Source: Candidatus Bathyarchaeota archaeon
GTDB taxonomy: Archaea; Thermoproteota; Bathyarchaeia; Bathyarchaeales; Bathycorpusculaceae
DNA length: 64,000 nucleotides
NCBI GenBank assembly: GCA_963826715.1
Contig: CAWGYA010000005.1
Span: 1-64,000 of the forward strand
Direction: 5' to 3'
Shown: one piece after another, positions 47,601-57,268 of the stretch
How positions within the stretch are numbered: the stretch's first letter is position 1
How the letters are laid out: each line of letters starts with the position of its first letter
The notes under the pieces: generated by a model
What the model saw: only the letters and a program-made list of their open reading frames with translations
What the model was told of the DNA's origin: nothing
Database searches by the model: none
Made by a program: the position numbers and the translations under genes

Positions 47601-48497
47601 GATAACACAACTAGTGTAATCAAGCACCCCATAGTGTTCACCGACTCTTTCTTGTTGCCTGTTGGAATGCAAATTTGGATACCAATGAACGATTCATCAA
47701 GCGTATTACCAAACTATCAAGCCTTTACAATTGGAGCTAGTCTTGATTCACAAAAAGGCGGAGGTTTCCCTCTAGGCGGAGGATTGCGTTTTGGATCAGG
47801 TGATAGCGACTTTAGTTCAATACTGGGATCAGTGTATCTTTCTGGTTACTGGACAAACCAAACAAACTATTTAGGAGAAGCAGATGGTAAAACCCAAACA
47901 TCCAGAGCACCAGGCCAATTTGATGCATACTTAATTAAAACCTCTCTTCCAATTGATGACCCACAACTTGATGACATTGCTCAAAAGATCCAGGAATTCA
48001 CAAACACCAATGATCAAGGATATCGCCTGCTTGCTGGTGATGACTTCTATGTTGCAAGCACCAAATTAACCTACTCATCAATCGAAACCACCCTACAACT
48101 AACAGATCGCATAGCCTCGTTCCTGCAAATTTACGTCACATTTGGGCTTGTTATAGGCGCGGTAGGTATGGGTGTAATCTCGGTGCGTAATGTCTCTGAG
48201 AGAAAACGCGAAATCGGTATGATGCGGGCAATTGGGTTCTCTAGAGGAGAAGTTGTGTTTTCAGTTCTGTTTGAACTAGTTGTTTTGGGAATAATTGGTT
48301 TAGCAATTGGTGTTGTTGACGGATTGCTCATTAGCGTAGGGTTTGCTAATATGCAGGATACAGCGCTTGTGATTCCCTGGCAAGAAATAGGAGTGTACCT
48401 TTCAATCATAGTGTTGATCGCCATCGGTTCAGGTTCCATACCTGCACTTGTGGCATCAAGAATCCCCCCTGCAGAAGCTTTGAGGTATGTCGGATGA
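44682..48497 (+). CDS. Type VII (MacB/FtsX-like) ABC permease, tandem duplicated, with large extracellular domains
   Basis: SVEDREFQTGVLRAVG and VSERKREIGMMRAIG coupling motifs; PA..AS..P.EALRY end. Confidence 0.92.
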   Translation: MSMGIKASFLIAWRSLSRRKSKNLSAILAVTLGVTLLVGIQITTATLNNAFLSSLSQSQGEVDVQISNSTLGGYLRLEDQALISSLAPDAVGILPELTAQIPALVNSQFDPKMDVAGVPADYPAVFGNFYDWHTGDKMDINSLLSSNSSILLSSKQAEKLGLDKQTALPVTLTTEFTNLTKNLIPPTVPLVNWTINANLTSADYLFSSTPTNLTLQVQPINYQGIVMAYSTESPPLNLTNYSYVNITATGSPNAAVILGFLLDDGTTMTVANLTDPSTLNSLSFNLAPYAGRSLTGTSFLSALSLNGTNANLDITEIAFETYNKTVSPRLPFVTYSSEISRVKLQVVGIYDSNRPGIGSQYSGAVFKLENLQDWLSLKDKNQQTDIISAFAIAYKGNHFVQEIDQNFLQTQVDNLKATIPKDTNPNTGEAVDIYQISSARLNFFDLASFFITLMSTMLTALGFLIMLTGVLLITNIQLMSVEDREFQTGVLRAVGDNRRGIFQSIMIENLFQGIIGGLLGLVGGLVFGQAVAVYLVGLFGTGALSVQPVISTTTVILSVLIGMVLSIVTGVLPAVRASQVKIVDALRGIQVKFKSKSSRNLAALGVLMAVLGIFVLMYNGVLDKQTQVFWSSQGWDSLGEWRNLLIGFGFLTGGLGFILSRFIDRVKAFNITAITLWVFPSILFVFALGNWVKGVTGLSIDILILGIIEIIIGSILFVALNLPILMRGLRTILIKVRGAKGIAQFSPALISSHITRSTLTFAIFAIILTLNVLVAALIPTSLGTATQIEQDSNGVDFTVFLSKPEAIIPGTNYTQEIFKIDSRITDVIGFKTFKPGDDFTKFVSLSDPTSDEFDYKTDLLPIGLGEFTPDQIRGNASNYLDSDWRYPAYLSAFPDGVRQSVVSDMSDSQTLDLSKQSWDLLFNNTYQMAAYNVSSNLLSIISGEGSISDLNLGSGDPLGSTGDDPLANVQPLTDNTTSVIKHPIVFTDSFLLPVGMQIWIPMNDSSSVLPNYQAFTIGASLDSQKGGGFPLGGGLRFGSGDSDFSSILGSVYLSGYWTNQTNYLGEADGKTQTSRAPGQFDAYLIKTSLPIDDPQLDDIAQKIQEFTNTNDQGYRLLAGDDFYVASTKLTYSSIETTLQLTDRIASFLQIYVTFGLVIGAVGMGVISVRNVSERKREIGMMRAIGFSRGEVVFSVLFELVVLGIIGLAIGVVDGLLISVGFANMQDTALVIPWQEIGVYLSIIVLIAIGSGSIPALVASRIPPAEALRYVG

Positions 48498-49237
48498 AAA
48501 CCAAAAAAACAATACAATCGCAAGATGAAGCTATTCTCCAGATAAGTGACTTGCATAAGCGATACAATGAAGGCAAATCTAACGAAGTTTATGCCCTTCG
48601 CGGGGTAGACTTAACAGTCAATAAGGGTGACATGATGGCAATCATGGGTCCGTCTGGATGTGGAAAAACTACTCTGCTCAACATGATTGGGAACTTGGAT
48701 CGTCGCTCATCGGGGCAGATCATAATTGATGGTGTTGACACTTCCACTTTGACTGATACTCAGAAAACTACTTTTCGCAGAGATAAAATCGGATTCATTT
48801 TTCAATTGTTCAATCTGTTTCCCTTTTTGAGTGCTGTTGAAAACGTTGAAACTCCGTTGCTGCTTCGGGGGTTAACCTCTGGTTTAGCAAGAGAGCAGGG
48901 AAAAATGATGTTGCGTGAATTAGGCATGGGTGATCGTCTTTACCATCTTCCCAAAGAACTCTCTGGTGGACAACAACAAAGAGTCGCTATAGCTCGTGCG
49001 TTAATTAATCAACCCGCCATAATTTTAGGCGATGAACCTACTGGTGATTTAGATTCATTAACAAGTGCGGATGTCATGGACTTGTTTCGTCGAATCAACC
49101 GCGTGAATCGTCAGACGCTCATTTTGGTAACTCACAACCGTTGGATCGCCGAAAAATGCGACTACATCGTTCATATGAGCGATGGTCAGATTTCAGGTAT
49201 AGAAAATAACAAAAAAAGCGTGGAGGCTAAACAATGA
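48494..49237 (+). CDS. ABC ATP-binding protein (LolD/MacB-like)
   Basis: GPSGCGKT, GFIFQ, LSGGQQQR, DEPTG, VTH. Confidence 0.95.
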   Translation: MKTKKTIQSQDEAILQISDLHKRYNEGKSNEVYALRGVDLTVNKGDMMAIMGPSGCGKTTLLNMIGNLDRRSSGQIIIDGVDTSTLTDTQKTTFRRDKIGFIFQLFNLFPFLSAVENVETPLLLRGLTSGLAREQGKMMLRELGMGDRLYHLPKELSGGQQQRVAIARALINQPAIILGDEPTGDLDSLTSADVMDLFRRINRVNRQTLILVTHNRWIAEKCDYIVHMSDGQISGIENNKKSVEAKQ

Positions 49238-51048
49238 AAGCTTACTATTCTGCCTTAATTGAGCGATCTGCCACTTCGGAAAATGCAAAACTTTCCAAGA
49301 AGTTATCATCGACTTTGAAGAGAAATTTCAAAACTCGCACTTCAAAAATTCAAAAGAAGGAATTTAACACTTTTATTTTTCTCTCCGCTGAAAGCCAAAA
49401 ACCTCTCGATGCACAGACCGTTGATCAGACAAGGCAGAAACTCCAAACGCAACTTCAAGATTACTACGTTAAAAATAGATCAAAGCTTGAAAAGAAGCTA
49501 AAATCTAGCCGAGAATTAAAAGAGACTTCACATATTGTCGGAATATTTCTAAAAGAAATTGATCCTAAACTTCAAAAAGTATTCAATATTGACCTTAAAA
49601 AACATCTCTCAGATCTTCCAACTCAATTCTATGAGATACAGAATAGTAGTTTTGCCGCAGTTTGGTCTTTAAACGAAGTCCCTGTAGTTCAAATGTATCT
49701 GTCATCACGCCCAACTCAGCTTTTCAAGCTTGCGCAAGTTACTAGCCCAGCAGAAATAGAGGCTATGGTTGATAAGGTTGAATTTCTCAATTTCTTCTCC
49801 ACATTTTTAGATCCAACTCTGAAGCGGCTTAAAGACATGAATGGTGTCTTGGAGCGGCTTAGGTTAGGTCTTGAAGGAACCCACTTTAAAAGCAGCGAGA
49901 AAGAAACCCAAAACAAGCTTGAAATGTTCTTGCGTATTTTGTCAGCAAAGCTTAGTGCACTGCAAAACTTGGACAAGGCTATCCTTTCGATATTTAAGTT
50001 ATTTATTGAAGTAAACGAGTTCTTCAAAAAAACCAAAATTATTAATGCCACCGATGGTTTAGCGAATGTTGTTAAAGAAATTTCTAAACAGATAGCTGAG
50101 GGCAAAAAAGAAGTAGCCTCAGTTCAAAAGAAGCTCGATAAATGTCTGCTTGATCTTAAAGATTATTTGGATGAAACAAAGAACTCAGTAAAAATCGTCA
50201 GTTCCAAAGACGAGTTTAAACTATCGTTATTCAATTTGGCTGAATTGAGTTCTGATTTGTTTATTCAAGCTGAACTGTCTAAACTTTGGATAGATTTTTT
50301 TAACGCTGACATTCCCTACTTTGCATTCCAAACTAACCTCTTCCACGTAAAAGTTCCGCAAGCTTCAGATGCCTCTGCAGAAAGCATTATCTCGGTTCGA
50401 GGTTTGGTCAAAAATTACAACTTGGGCGAAACAACTGTCTATGCAGTTAGAGGCGTAGATATTGATATCAGAGACGGAGAATTTGTAGCCATAGTTGGTA
50501 ACTCTGGCGCTGGGAAAACTACTCTGCTTAACTGTATGGCGGGTTTGGATGATCCGGATTTTGGTGCTGTTTTTTTCAAAGGAAAAGATATTCACGGCTT
50601 AGATGATAAAGAGAAATCTCGGGGTAGATTATTGGATATGGGCTTTATTTTCCAAAATTATGCTTTGTTGCCTCATTTTAATGCTCGTGAGAATGTTGCT
50701 TTGCCTGCGGATCTTGCTGGTTTTAGTAAAGATTTGAAGGGTAGAATTGAAGAGTTGCTTGAGGGTGTTGGTATTGGTAAGCAAGCTAAGCAGTTTCCTT
50801 CTCAACTTAGTGGGGGGCAATTGCAGCGGGTTGCCATAGCGCGGGCTTTAACTAATCGCCCTAAGGTTTTGTTTGCTGATGAACCGACTGGTGATTTAGA
50901 TTCGCAGACTGGCAAGCAGGTTATGGAGTTGATCAAGAAATTCCATGAGGAAACAAAAACTACAATTATTATCATTACTCATGAGAAAGAGATTGCTAAT
51001 TATGCTCAGAGGAAGATAAAGATAGAAGATGGCTTAATCGAAAACTAA
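49234..51048 (+). CDS. ABC ATP-binding protein with an N-terminal helical extension of about 380 aa
   Basis: C-terminal [24 protein letters not shown]; N-terminal K/E/L-rich helical region. Confidence 0.9.
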   Translation: MKAYYSALIERSATSENAKLSKKLSSTLKRNFKTRTSKIQKKEFNTFIFLSAESQKPLDAQTVDQTRQKLQTQLQDYYVKNRSKLEKKLKSSRELKETSHIVGIFLKEIDPKLQKVFNIDLKKHLSDLPTQFYEIQNSSFAAVWSLNEVPVVQMYLSSRPTQLFKLAQVTSPAEIEAMVDKVEFLNFFSTFLDPTLKRLKDMNGVLERLRLGLEGTHFKSSEKETQNKLEMFLRILSAKLSALQNLDKAILSIFKLFIEVNEFFKKTKIINATDGLANVVKEISKQIAEGKKEVASVQKKLDKCLLDLKDYLDETKNSVKIVSSKDEFKLSLFNLAELSSDLFIQAELSKLWIDFFNADIPYFAFQTNLFHVKVPQASDASAESIISVRGLVKNYNLGETTVYAVRGVDIDIRDGEFVAIVGNSGAGKTTLLNCMAGLDDPDFGAVFFKGKDIHGLDDKEKSRGRLLDMGFIFQNYALLPHFNARENVALPADLAGFSKDLKGRIEELLEGVGIGKQAKQFPSQLSGGQLQRVAIARALTNRPKVLFADEPTGDLDSQTGKQVMELIKKFHEETKTTIIIITHEKEIANYAQRKIKIEDGLIEN

Positions 51049-51247
51049 TGATTTTCATATCTATTTTTTGGGGATCATCCCGTTCTTATTTTTTATAAAG
51101 AAAATTCTTGTACCAAAGTTTGGAGTTAATGCAATTGGTTGGGATTTGAAGTCAAAGTCTTTTTAGGACTACTGACTATGGATTAAGACTTATTTAATTT
51201 TTTTAATTGGATCTTTTTCTTAAAAAATCTTTTATAACCTTATTAGT

Positions 51248-51676
51248 TTGATGCCATGTAAAGCGTTCATGAAGAAATCAAATTTATTAATACTTGCAGT
51301 AGTTGTCAGCGTGATCGCTGTTGCGGCAGCTGGTTCGCTTATTTTCTCAGGCATGGTTGGTTCTATCTTTTCAGCTAATAGTGTACCAGAGCTCAAAGAT
51401 GCTTCAGTAGCATTAGACCTTGGAGGAGGATACAATGCTGAGACAGGAATGTTTGATTTAGAGGGCACTGCCCAAAACATGGGTGAGAAAACCGCAATGA
51501 ATTGTAGAGTTGAAGTCACATTCTTTAACGTCGATACAAGCGAGGTAATAAAAACTGAAATGATCACTATAGGTGATGTGCCTGCTGAGAGCTCAAAAAC
51601 AATCAATACATCCATTGAAATTCCAAATGGCTCGACACTAGTATCTTTCCACATAGGCGACCCCCTGTGGGGATAG
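51248..51676 (+). CDS. Membrane-anchored FxLYD-like Ig-fold protein
   Basis: N-terminal TM; LEGTAQNMGE...VEVTFFN...GDVPAESSK. Confidence 0.7.
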   Translation: MMPCKAFMKKSNLLILAVVVSVIAVAAAGSLIFSGMVGSIFSANSVPELKDASVALDLGGGYNAETGMFDLEGTAQNMGEKTAMNCRVEVTFFNVDTSEVIKTEMITIGDVPAESSKTINTSIEIPNGSTLVSFHIGDPLWG

Positions 51677-51777
51677 TCGCTAACGCCATTCTTAGTTAAC
51701 TTGTAAACCAAGAAGTTTTTTCTTTTTTTCCAAATGTGCCCGGGCAGAGTTTGGTTCTGCTATGGTTTTGAGTGTGG

Positions 51778-53238
51778 TTATCGTGTTAGCCATCCGTTTT
51801 TTTTGAATCCTTTTATGGCAGGAAACAATACCCAAGGCAAAATGAAGGCTGACATTAGGTTCATAATTGGTTTGTATTTCCATTGTTTGGCTGTCGGATC
51901 TCTAAATTTGTAGTCTAAACCCATCACTGAGCCAATCAGTAGTTGCCCGGCTACGTATGTGAGTGGGTAAATGTAGGAGTGCAGAAAGATTGGGCCGTAG
52001 ATGAATATTGAGAAGATGACTACTGGCGCTATGAAGGCTGACATGAATTCGAGATAGAATAGTAGCGCCATGATTGGGTTTTTGTGCCAGAAGAAGGCGC
52101 TTATGAAGAAGGTTGAGCGTAAGTAGCCTTTTTTCCATCGTGTTTGTTGTCTGTAGTAGGTTCTAAAGTTTTCTGGTACGTCTGTGTATACGACGGCTGT
52201 TGGGGCGTAGACTGTTTCCCATTCAACTGCCATTGCTTGGGCTGTTAAGCCTCTGTCTTCGGCGTCGTCGTAGCTTGCCATTGAAGTTAAGAGGTGTTTT
52301 CTTAGTGGTGCTAGTTGACCTTTTGCCCAGGGTGTGGCGATTGTGAAGGTGGTTAGGTTTCTGTCGTCGCCGTATTGTATTTTGTCGTTTGCCCAATGTG
52401 TCATAAATTCGCTTATTGCCTCTCGGCGATATGCGGCTAGGCATCCTGATAGGCAGAGTACTGTGCCAAATGTGCTCTCTGAGGTTTTACCCATGTTAAA
52501 GGAGTAGTCATACCAGGCGTCTTGGCATTTTGTTAAAAAGTTTTTGTCTGCGTTGAGGACTTTGCCGTTGCCGACGATGCCGCCTACTTTTGGGTTTGCT
52601 GTGAAGACTTTCATGAATTCTGCTATGGCGTATTTGTCTACGATGCTGTCTGAGTCGATTAGAATGAGGAAATTTCCTTTTGCTGCGTAGAATCCTGTTG
52701 CGACTGCTGTTCTTTTTCCTCCGTTCTCTTTATGGATGACTTTTAGTCGGGGATATTTTTTTGCGAGTTCATTTAGGACTTGTTTGGTTTGGTCTTTGCT
52801 TCCATCGTTAACTGCAACTATTTCTATGTTGTTGTATGTGGATTGGTAAATTGCGTTTATTACTTTCTCTATGAGGTTTTCTTGGTTGTAGGCTGGTATG
52901 ATGACTGAAACCATGTCGTTTGGGATTTTGCCGGTTGCTCTGTTTTTGAAGAAGATCCATCCTGTGAGTAGAGTTATCAGTGCGTGTATTGGCATTAGGG
53001 TTGAGTAGACAATTAAGGGGTCTGCGACGGATAATGCAATGGTTATGTTGAAGATCATGAATATGATCAATCCCGTGATCATTATTCCTCTTAGTACCCA
53101 TGCTTTTTTGCTAACCTGGATGCGGCCAGAGGTTGCTATGCGTTGTTTGCAGTGCTTGTATAGGTCTTCTTTGTTTTCTTCTTGCTCTTCCTCATCAAAG
53201 AGGTTTAGTTCAGCTAGAGGTTCTTGGATTAGGGCCAT
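51778..53238 (-). CDS. Hyaluronan/chitin-synthase-like processive GT2
   Basis: PAYNQE, DGSKD, GGKR, DSD, CLSGCLAAYR, GDDRNLT, QQTRWKK plus TMs; likely start ATG 53238. Confidence 0.9.
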   Translation of the reverse strand: MALIQEPLAELNLFDEEEQEENKEDLYKHCKQRIATSGRIQVSKKAWVLRGIMITGLIIFMIFNITIALSVADPLIVYSTLMPIHALITLLTGWIFFKNRATGKIPNDMVSVIIPAYNQENLIEKVINAIYQSTYNNIEIVAVNDGSKDQTKQVLNELAKKYPRLKVIHKENGGKRTAVATGFYAAKGNFLILIDSDSIVDKYAIAEFMKVFTANPKVGGIVGNGKVLNADKNFLTKCQDAWYDYSFNMGKTSESTFGTVLCLSGCLAAYRREAISEFMTHWANDKIQYGDDRNLTTFTIATPWAKGQLAPLRKHLLTSMASYDDAEDRGLTAQAMAVEWETVYAPTAVVYTDVPENFRTYYRQQTRWKKGYLRSTFFISAFFWHKNPIMALLFYLEFMSAFIAPVVIFSIFIYGPIFLHSYIYPLTYVAGQLLIGSVMGLDYKFRDPTAKQWKYKPIMNLMSAFILPWVLFPAIKGFKKNGWLTR

Positions 53239-53239
53239 T

Positions 53240-53968
53240 TTAGTATCCTCTTGTCTGAACAAGTTCTATAAGTTCGGAAGCGTTCATGAATTGGAAAGGT
53301 CCTGTTTTAAGTTCGAGTAATATTGATTCGACTTGTTGGGTTGTTTGGGTGTTGTCGAATTGGATTATTAGGGGTGTTGGGGTTATTTGTTGTGTGAGTA
53401 GGTATTCTGTTGTGCAAGCTTTTGTATCGTATATGTTGGCGGCTATTTTTTCAAATCGTTCATTTCTGTATATGTTGAAGTGATCAGTGTAGGAAAAATC
53501 TGCTTTTATGCCTGAGCGGTTTAGCATTGAGAAGATATTTTCGTCTGTGGCGCCGTTTGGTGCTTTAAAGAATGTTGAATTTGTTTTTGCGGCGTTGTCT
53601 ATTGCGGTTTTGCCTTGTTCGACTTCCCAGAGTTTGAGGGAATAATCGTTTATGTTGTTCAAGTTGACGTGGTCGTATGTTAGGCTGCCGAAGTCTACTT
53701 GGTTGTTAAAGCAGGTGATTGTTTGAGGGTTTTGTTCAGCTACTTTGCCTTCGATGAAGATTGCGGCTGGTAAATTGTATGTGGATAGAGTGGAGGAGAG
53801 GTTTTGGCACCAGTTGGAAACGTCGTTTGCTTCTGATATGGTGAAACTCAGCATTACCACTTGTTTTGGCGCCGCTTTATCTTGATTAAGAAATAGTGGG
53901 GCTATCATTGCAAACCCCGCAATAATTACCAGTATTGTGGCGATTGTTGCGGTTTGGCGCAAATTCAA
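53240..53968 (-). CDS. Membrane-anchored NodB/CE4 deacetylase-like protein with degenerate active site
   Basis: VMLSFT (no DD), AAIFIEG, GSLTYDH, FKAPNG. Confidence 0.8.
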   Translation of the reverse strand: MNLRQTATIATILVIIAGFAMIAPLFLNQDKAAPKQVVMLSFTISEANDVSNWCQNLSSTLSTYNLPAAIFIEGKVAEQNPQTITCFNNQVDFGSLTYDHVNLNNINDYSLKLWEVEQGKTAIDNAAKTNSTFFKAPNGATDENIFSMLNRSGIKADFSYTDHFNIYRNERFEKIAANIYDTKACTTEYLLTQQITPTPLIIQFDNTQTTQQVESILLELKTGPFQFMNASELIELVQTRGY

Positions 53969-53971
53969 AAC

Positions 53972-54871
53972 TTAAGTTGCTCCCGAGGCGACTTCTTTTT
54001 TTATTGTTTGGTTTGTTGTGATTTCAGGTAGCGGGATGAATACGAAGTTTTGATTGTTGAGTTTGTTTTCGTAGATTTCGTTTGATTTCATTGCAGCAGC
54101 AATAGTGGAGTTTGGGAGTAGGTGTTTTGAGAGTTCAAAGTACATTTTTGTGTCTTTTGGTAAGCAGTGTCCGCCTATGCCGCTTTTGGCGTCTAATATG
54201 TTTTCGTTCCATTTTGAGTTGACTGCTGCTTGAAGTTCGGTGAAGTCTAGGTTTTGGTCATCGCAGAACATTTTGAGTTCTTCAGCAAAGGCTATTTCTA
54301 AATATCTGTGTGTGTTTTCGATGACTTTGGTTAGCTCAGCCATTTCTATAGAAGACAGGGTGTGTATGGGGATGTCCAGAACTTGTTGATAGAATTTTAA
54401 TGCTTCATGGGTGCAGCAATTGTTGCAACCAGCGAGGACTCGTAGTTGTTTAACTCCGTGTTCTATTTTTTCTTGATTGAAGTATCTGTGGGGAATGTGT
54501 GCTATATGAAGCCGGTGCTGAATGATGTCGTATACTTGTCTGCTTGTTCCTTTGGGTATGGTGCTTTCGATAGTTAGAAGTGCGCCTGGTTTTCCTTCAA
54601 CTGCTAATCGTTTTGCTACCCCCAATAATCCTTCGAGGTAAGGAACGAAAATGTTTGTGGGGTTATGGGTTGAAACGCAAATCATGTAGTAATCGTAGTC
54701 TTGGAAGTTTTTTGCTTCTTTTTTGATGATTCCGGCGTCCAGGGCTCTTTTTACTGCTTTTTGGTTTATGTCGTAGCCTTCGACGTCTAACCCCATACCG
54801 CTCATGTATTCTGCGTTGTTGTATCCTATTTCGCCTAATCCAATGACTAATATTTTGTTATCTGTTTTCAA
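53972..54871 (-). CDS. Short NDP-sugar 6-dehydrogenase (UDP-glucose/UDP-HexNAc dehydrogenase family)
   Basis: GLGEIG, GYDIN, ESTIPKGT, AELTKVIEN, GIGGHCLPKD; lacks the C-terminal domain. Confidence 0.88.
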   Translation of the reverse strand: MKTDNKILVIGLGEIGYNNAEYMSGMGLDVEGYDINQKAVKRALDAGIIKKEAKNFQDYDYYMICVSTHNPTNIFVPYLEGLLGVAKRLAVEGKPGALLTIESTIPKGTSRQVYDIIQHRLHIAHIPHRYFNQEKIEHGVKQLRVLAGCNNCCTHEALKFYQQVLDIPIHTLSSIEMAELTKVIENTHRYLEIAFAEELKMFCDDQNLDFTELQAAVNSKWNENILDAKSGIGGHCLPKDTKMYFELSKHLLPNSTIAAAMKSNEIYENKLNNQNFVFIPLPEITTNQTIKKEVASGAT

Positions 54872-55464
54872 TTGAATCCCTTTTCAGCGTATCGTATATT
54901 GAGAAGTAATAAACATTATTGAATATCGAAATTGAACTTCAGTTGTCCAACATCAATACACACTATAGAAAGGTTAGGCATTTTGAAACATTGATTAAAA
55001 TAAAACTGGGGGTAATATTGGAAATAGTTACTATCTTTTTATTGGCTTGGATTAATTGTGTTTAATTTGAAATTCGCTTAAGTAATTTTTAAGTTTAATT
55101 TTTTAAAAAATGTCATTTATATTTTTTAAATTTGATGTATCGTATCTGGAAATATAGTTTAAATGCTTTTTTCTTGCTGATCTGATTTGCAGGAGGATTA
55201 TAAGATAGTAACCGTAGAATGGGGTGGGAATAGGAGAAGGCTGTGTAGTAATTCATTTCACAACTTTTATTGGCGCCTCTATAAGCTTGGTTAAAAAATC
55301 GTGCAACTTACTGTTAGTTGCTATCGGTTGCTTGTTTGCTCCTATTGTTATTGGCTCTTGTCAATACTACAACTTTAATGTTAATACCAAATACTTAAAT
55401 GAAATAAGCTTTGAAAGATTCTTCTATATTGAGGAGGAAGGAGATCACAGTAAAAAGGCTTAGT

Positions 55465-55521
55465 TAGACTACATGCTTTCTTATCCACTTCTGTCAGGAA
55501 GGGATTAGATAGTGTAATCTA
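55465..55521. repeat. Imperfect stem-loop upstream of a wHTH gene
   Basis: tagactaca/tgtaatcta, tcttatcc/ggattaga and cttc/gaag nested stems. Confidence 0.4.
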
Positions 55522-55564
55522 TGCTTGTACTTTAAGTTATGAAGTTAATTTTGAGGTGTTTTAG

Positions 55565-55909
55565 TTGGGTAAAAACCGTGATCGCCTTTGCATCGTTGCA
55601 GCAATCTTGGAAGCGGCGAATTCTGGCGCAAGCAAAACAAGAATAATGTTTAGCGCCAACCTAAGCTTTAGCCTTCTAGAAAAGTATTTAGACATAACTA
55701 TCAAAGCTGGGTTCATCGAGGTTTCGGAGAGTAAGTATGTTTTAACGGAAAACGGACGTGGTTTCCTTCGAGAATACAAGCATATCCAATCGAGATACGA
55801 CAATGCCCAGAAAATGCTGGATTTGTTGGAATATGAAAGGGATCGGCTTTCAGAGTTGTGTAAAGGATATGGGTTTAATCAATTGAAATCAATAATTGAT
55901 TTAGAATAA
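55565..55909 (+). CDS. Winged-helix regulator (archaeal HTH_45 family)
   Basis: RDRLCIVAAIL...KTRIMFSANLSF..LEKYL..YVLTENG. Confidence 0.9.
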   Translation: MGKNRDRLCIVAAILEAANSGASKTRIMFSANLSFSLLEKYLDITIKAGFIEVSESKYVLTENGRGFLREYKHIQSRYDNAQKMLDLLEYERDRLSELCKGYGFNQLKSIIDLE

Positions 55910-55999
55910 GTTTTGTGTATATTGAAAAACTTTTTTTCCAAATGAGCCTACCAATTTTTTTAAAATAATTAGAAACCGCTAATTAAGGAAGCTGCAATT

Positions 56000-56698
56000 T
56001 TGACCAAAGCAGATAACCAGCTTAGCCCCTCAACACAAATAATAATTGCAGCCTTAAATGAAGAAGAAGGAATAGGCCTAACCATAGCTGAACTTCTCGA
56101 CAGTATATGTAACTCTCGTCTTCTTGTAGTCGATGGGAAAAGCACCGATAGAACAGTTGAGATAGCAAAGAGCTTTGGCGCTGAAATTGTAATCCAAAAC
56201 AAAAGTGGTAAAGGCGACGCATTAAAAAAAGGCCTTGAACACTTGGATCCAAACGCCAAATATGTAGTAGTTACCGATGCAGACTACACCTACCCTGGAA
56301 ATAGAGTCCCAGAAATGATAGCGCTTCTAGAAGCAAACCCCGAAGTAGGAATGGTATGTGGCAACCGATTCAACGGAGACGTTAACCCCAAAGCCTCAAG
56401 TAGAGTATTCCACTTTGGGAACAAACTCATAACCTTTACCCACAATACCTTAAACGGAATCCCCCTAAAAGACCCACTAACAGGCCTACGTGTTATACGT
56501 GCAGCGATTTTGAGAAACTGGAAGGTTAAATCCAAAGGCTTTGATATCGAGGTAGAATTAAATTATCATGTTGAGCGGCGAGGATATGCCATCGTCGAAG
56601 TTGACATTGAGTATCGTGAGAGACTTGGCGAGAAAAAACTTAAGGTTAGACATGCGGCCGAAATTTTAAAGCGCATTATATTAGAGACAATGTATTGA
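56000..56698 (+). CDS. DPM1/AglJ-like polyprenol-phosphate glycosyltransferase (GT2)
   Basis: ALNEEEGI, DGKSTD, GKGDA, DADYTY, DPLTG, GFDIEVE, RLGEKKL. Confidence 0.92.
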   Translation: MTKADNQLSPSTQIIIAALNEEEGIGLTIAELLDSICNSRLLVVDGKSTDRTVEIAKSFGAEIVIQNKSGKGDALKKGLEHLDPNAKYVVVTDADYTYPGNRVPEMIALLEANPEVGMVCGNRFNGDVNPKASSRVFHFGNKLITFTHNTLNGIPLKDPLTGLRVIRAAILRNWKVKSKGFDIEVELNYHVERRGYAIVEVDIEYRERLGEKKLKVRHAAEILKRIILETMY

Positions 56699-56764
56699 AC
56701 CATTTGTTTTCCTTAAAAAAATATAATCAATTTTACCTTCAATTTAACTGGAAAAGAAACAAAC

Positions 56765-57268
56765 ATGCACTTTCTTCGTAAAATGTCCAGCATAACCTTG
56801 TTATGCATGCTAATGCTTAGCATATGCTTTCTAAGCGTCCAACAGGCTATTGCGCAAACGGACCAAACAACCTCAAAGCTGCAGGCAGCCAACAACACTA
56901 TCAACCAGGCCTTTAACGTTGTTCTTGATGCAGAAAAAGCAGGCGCAAACACTACCGATCTGTTGGCTCAGATAAACACAGCCCAGAAGATCTTGGCTCA
57001 AGCAGAAAACTCGTATCGAATCGGAGACACCAACAAGGCCACAGCTAAAGCAGAAAGCGTTCTCCCAATAGCACAACAAGTCACTCTCGACGCTCAAAAC
57101 GCGAAACAAAACGCCATAATCTCCAGTCAAAACGCTTTTGGTCCACGATAGTACTAACAGTAGTCGGTGTTTTCGTGTTTGTTTTGGTTCTGTTTTTGAT
57201 ATGGCGCCGAGTTAAACAAAATTACATTAAGGGTTATCTGAGCTAAACCTGAGGTAGTCAACCAATGA
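56765..57268 (+). CDS. Secreted helical protein with C-terminal anchor; frameshifted in homopolymers
   Basis: After QNAF the alternate frame reads WSTIVLTVVGVFVFVLVLFLIWRRVKQNYIKG, then AKPEVVNQ*, with the stop overlapping the next ATG. Confidence 0.7.

Noticed and set aside
55224-55463. 79-aa ORF
   Set aside because: Lies in a divergent promoter region with no supporting motif.
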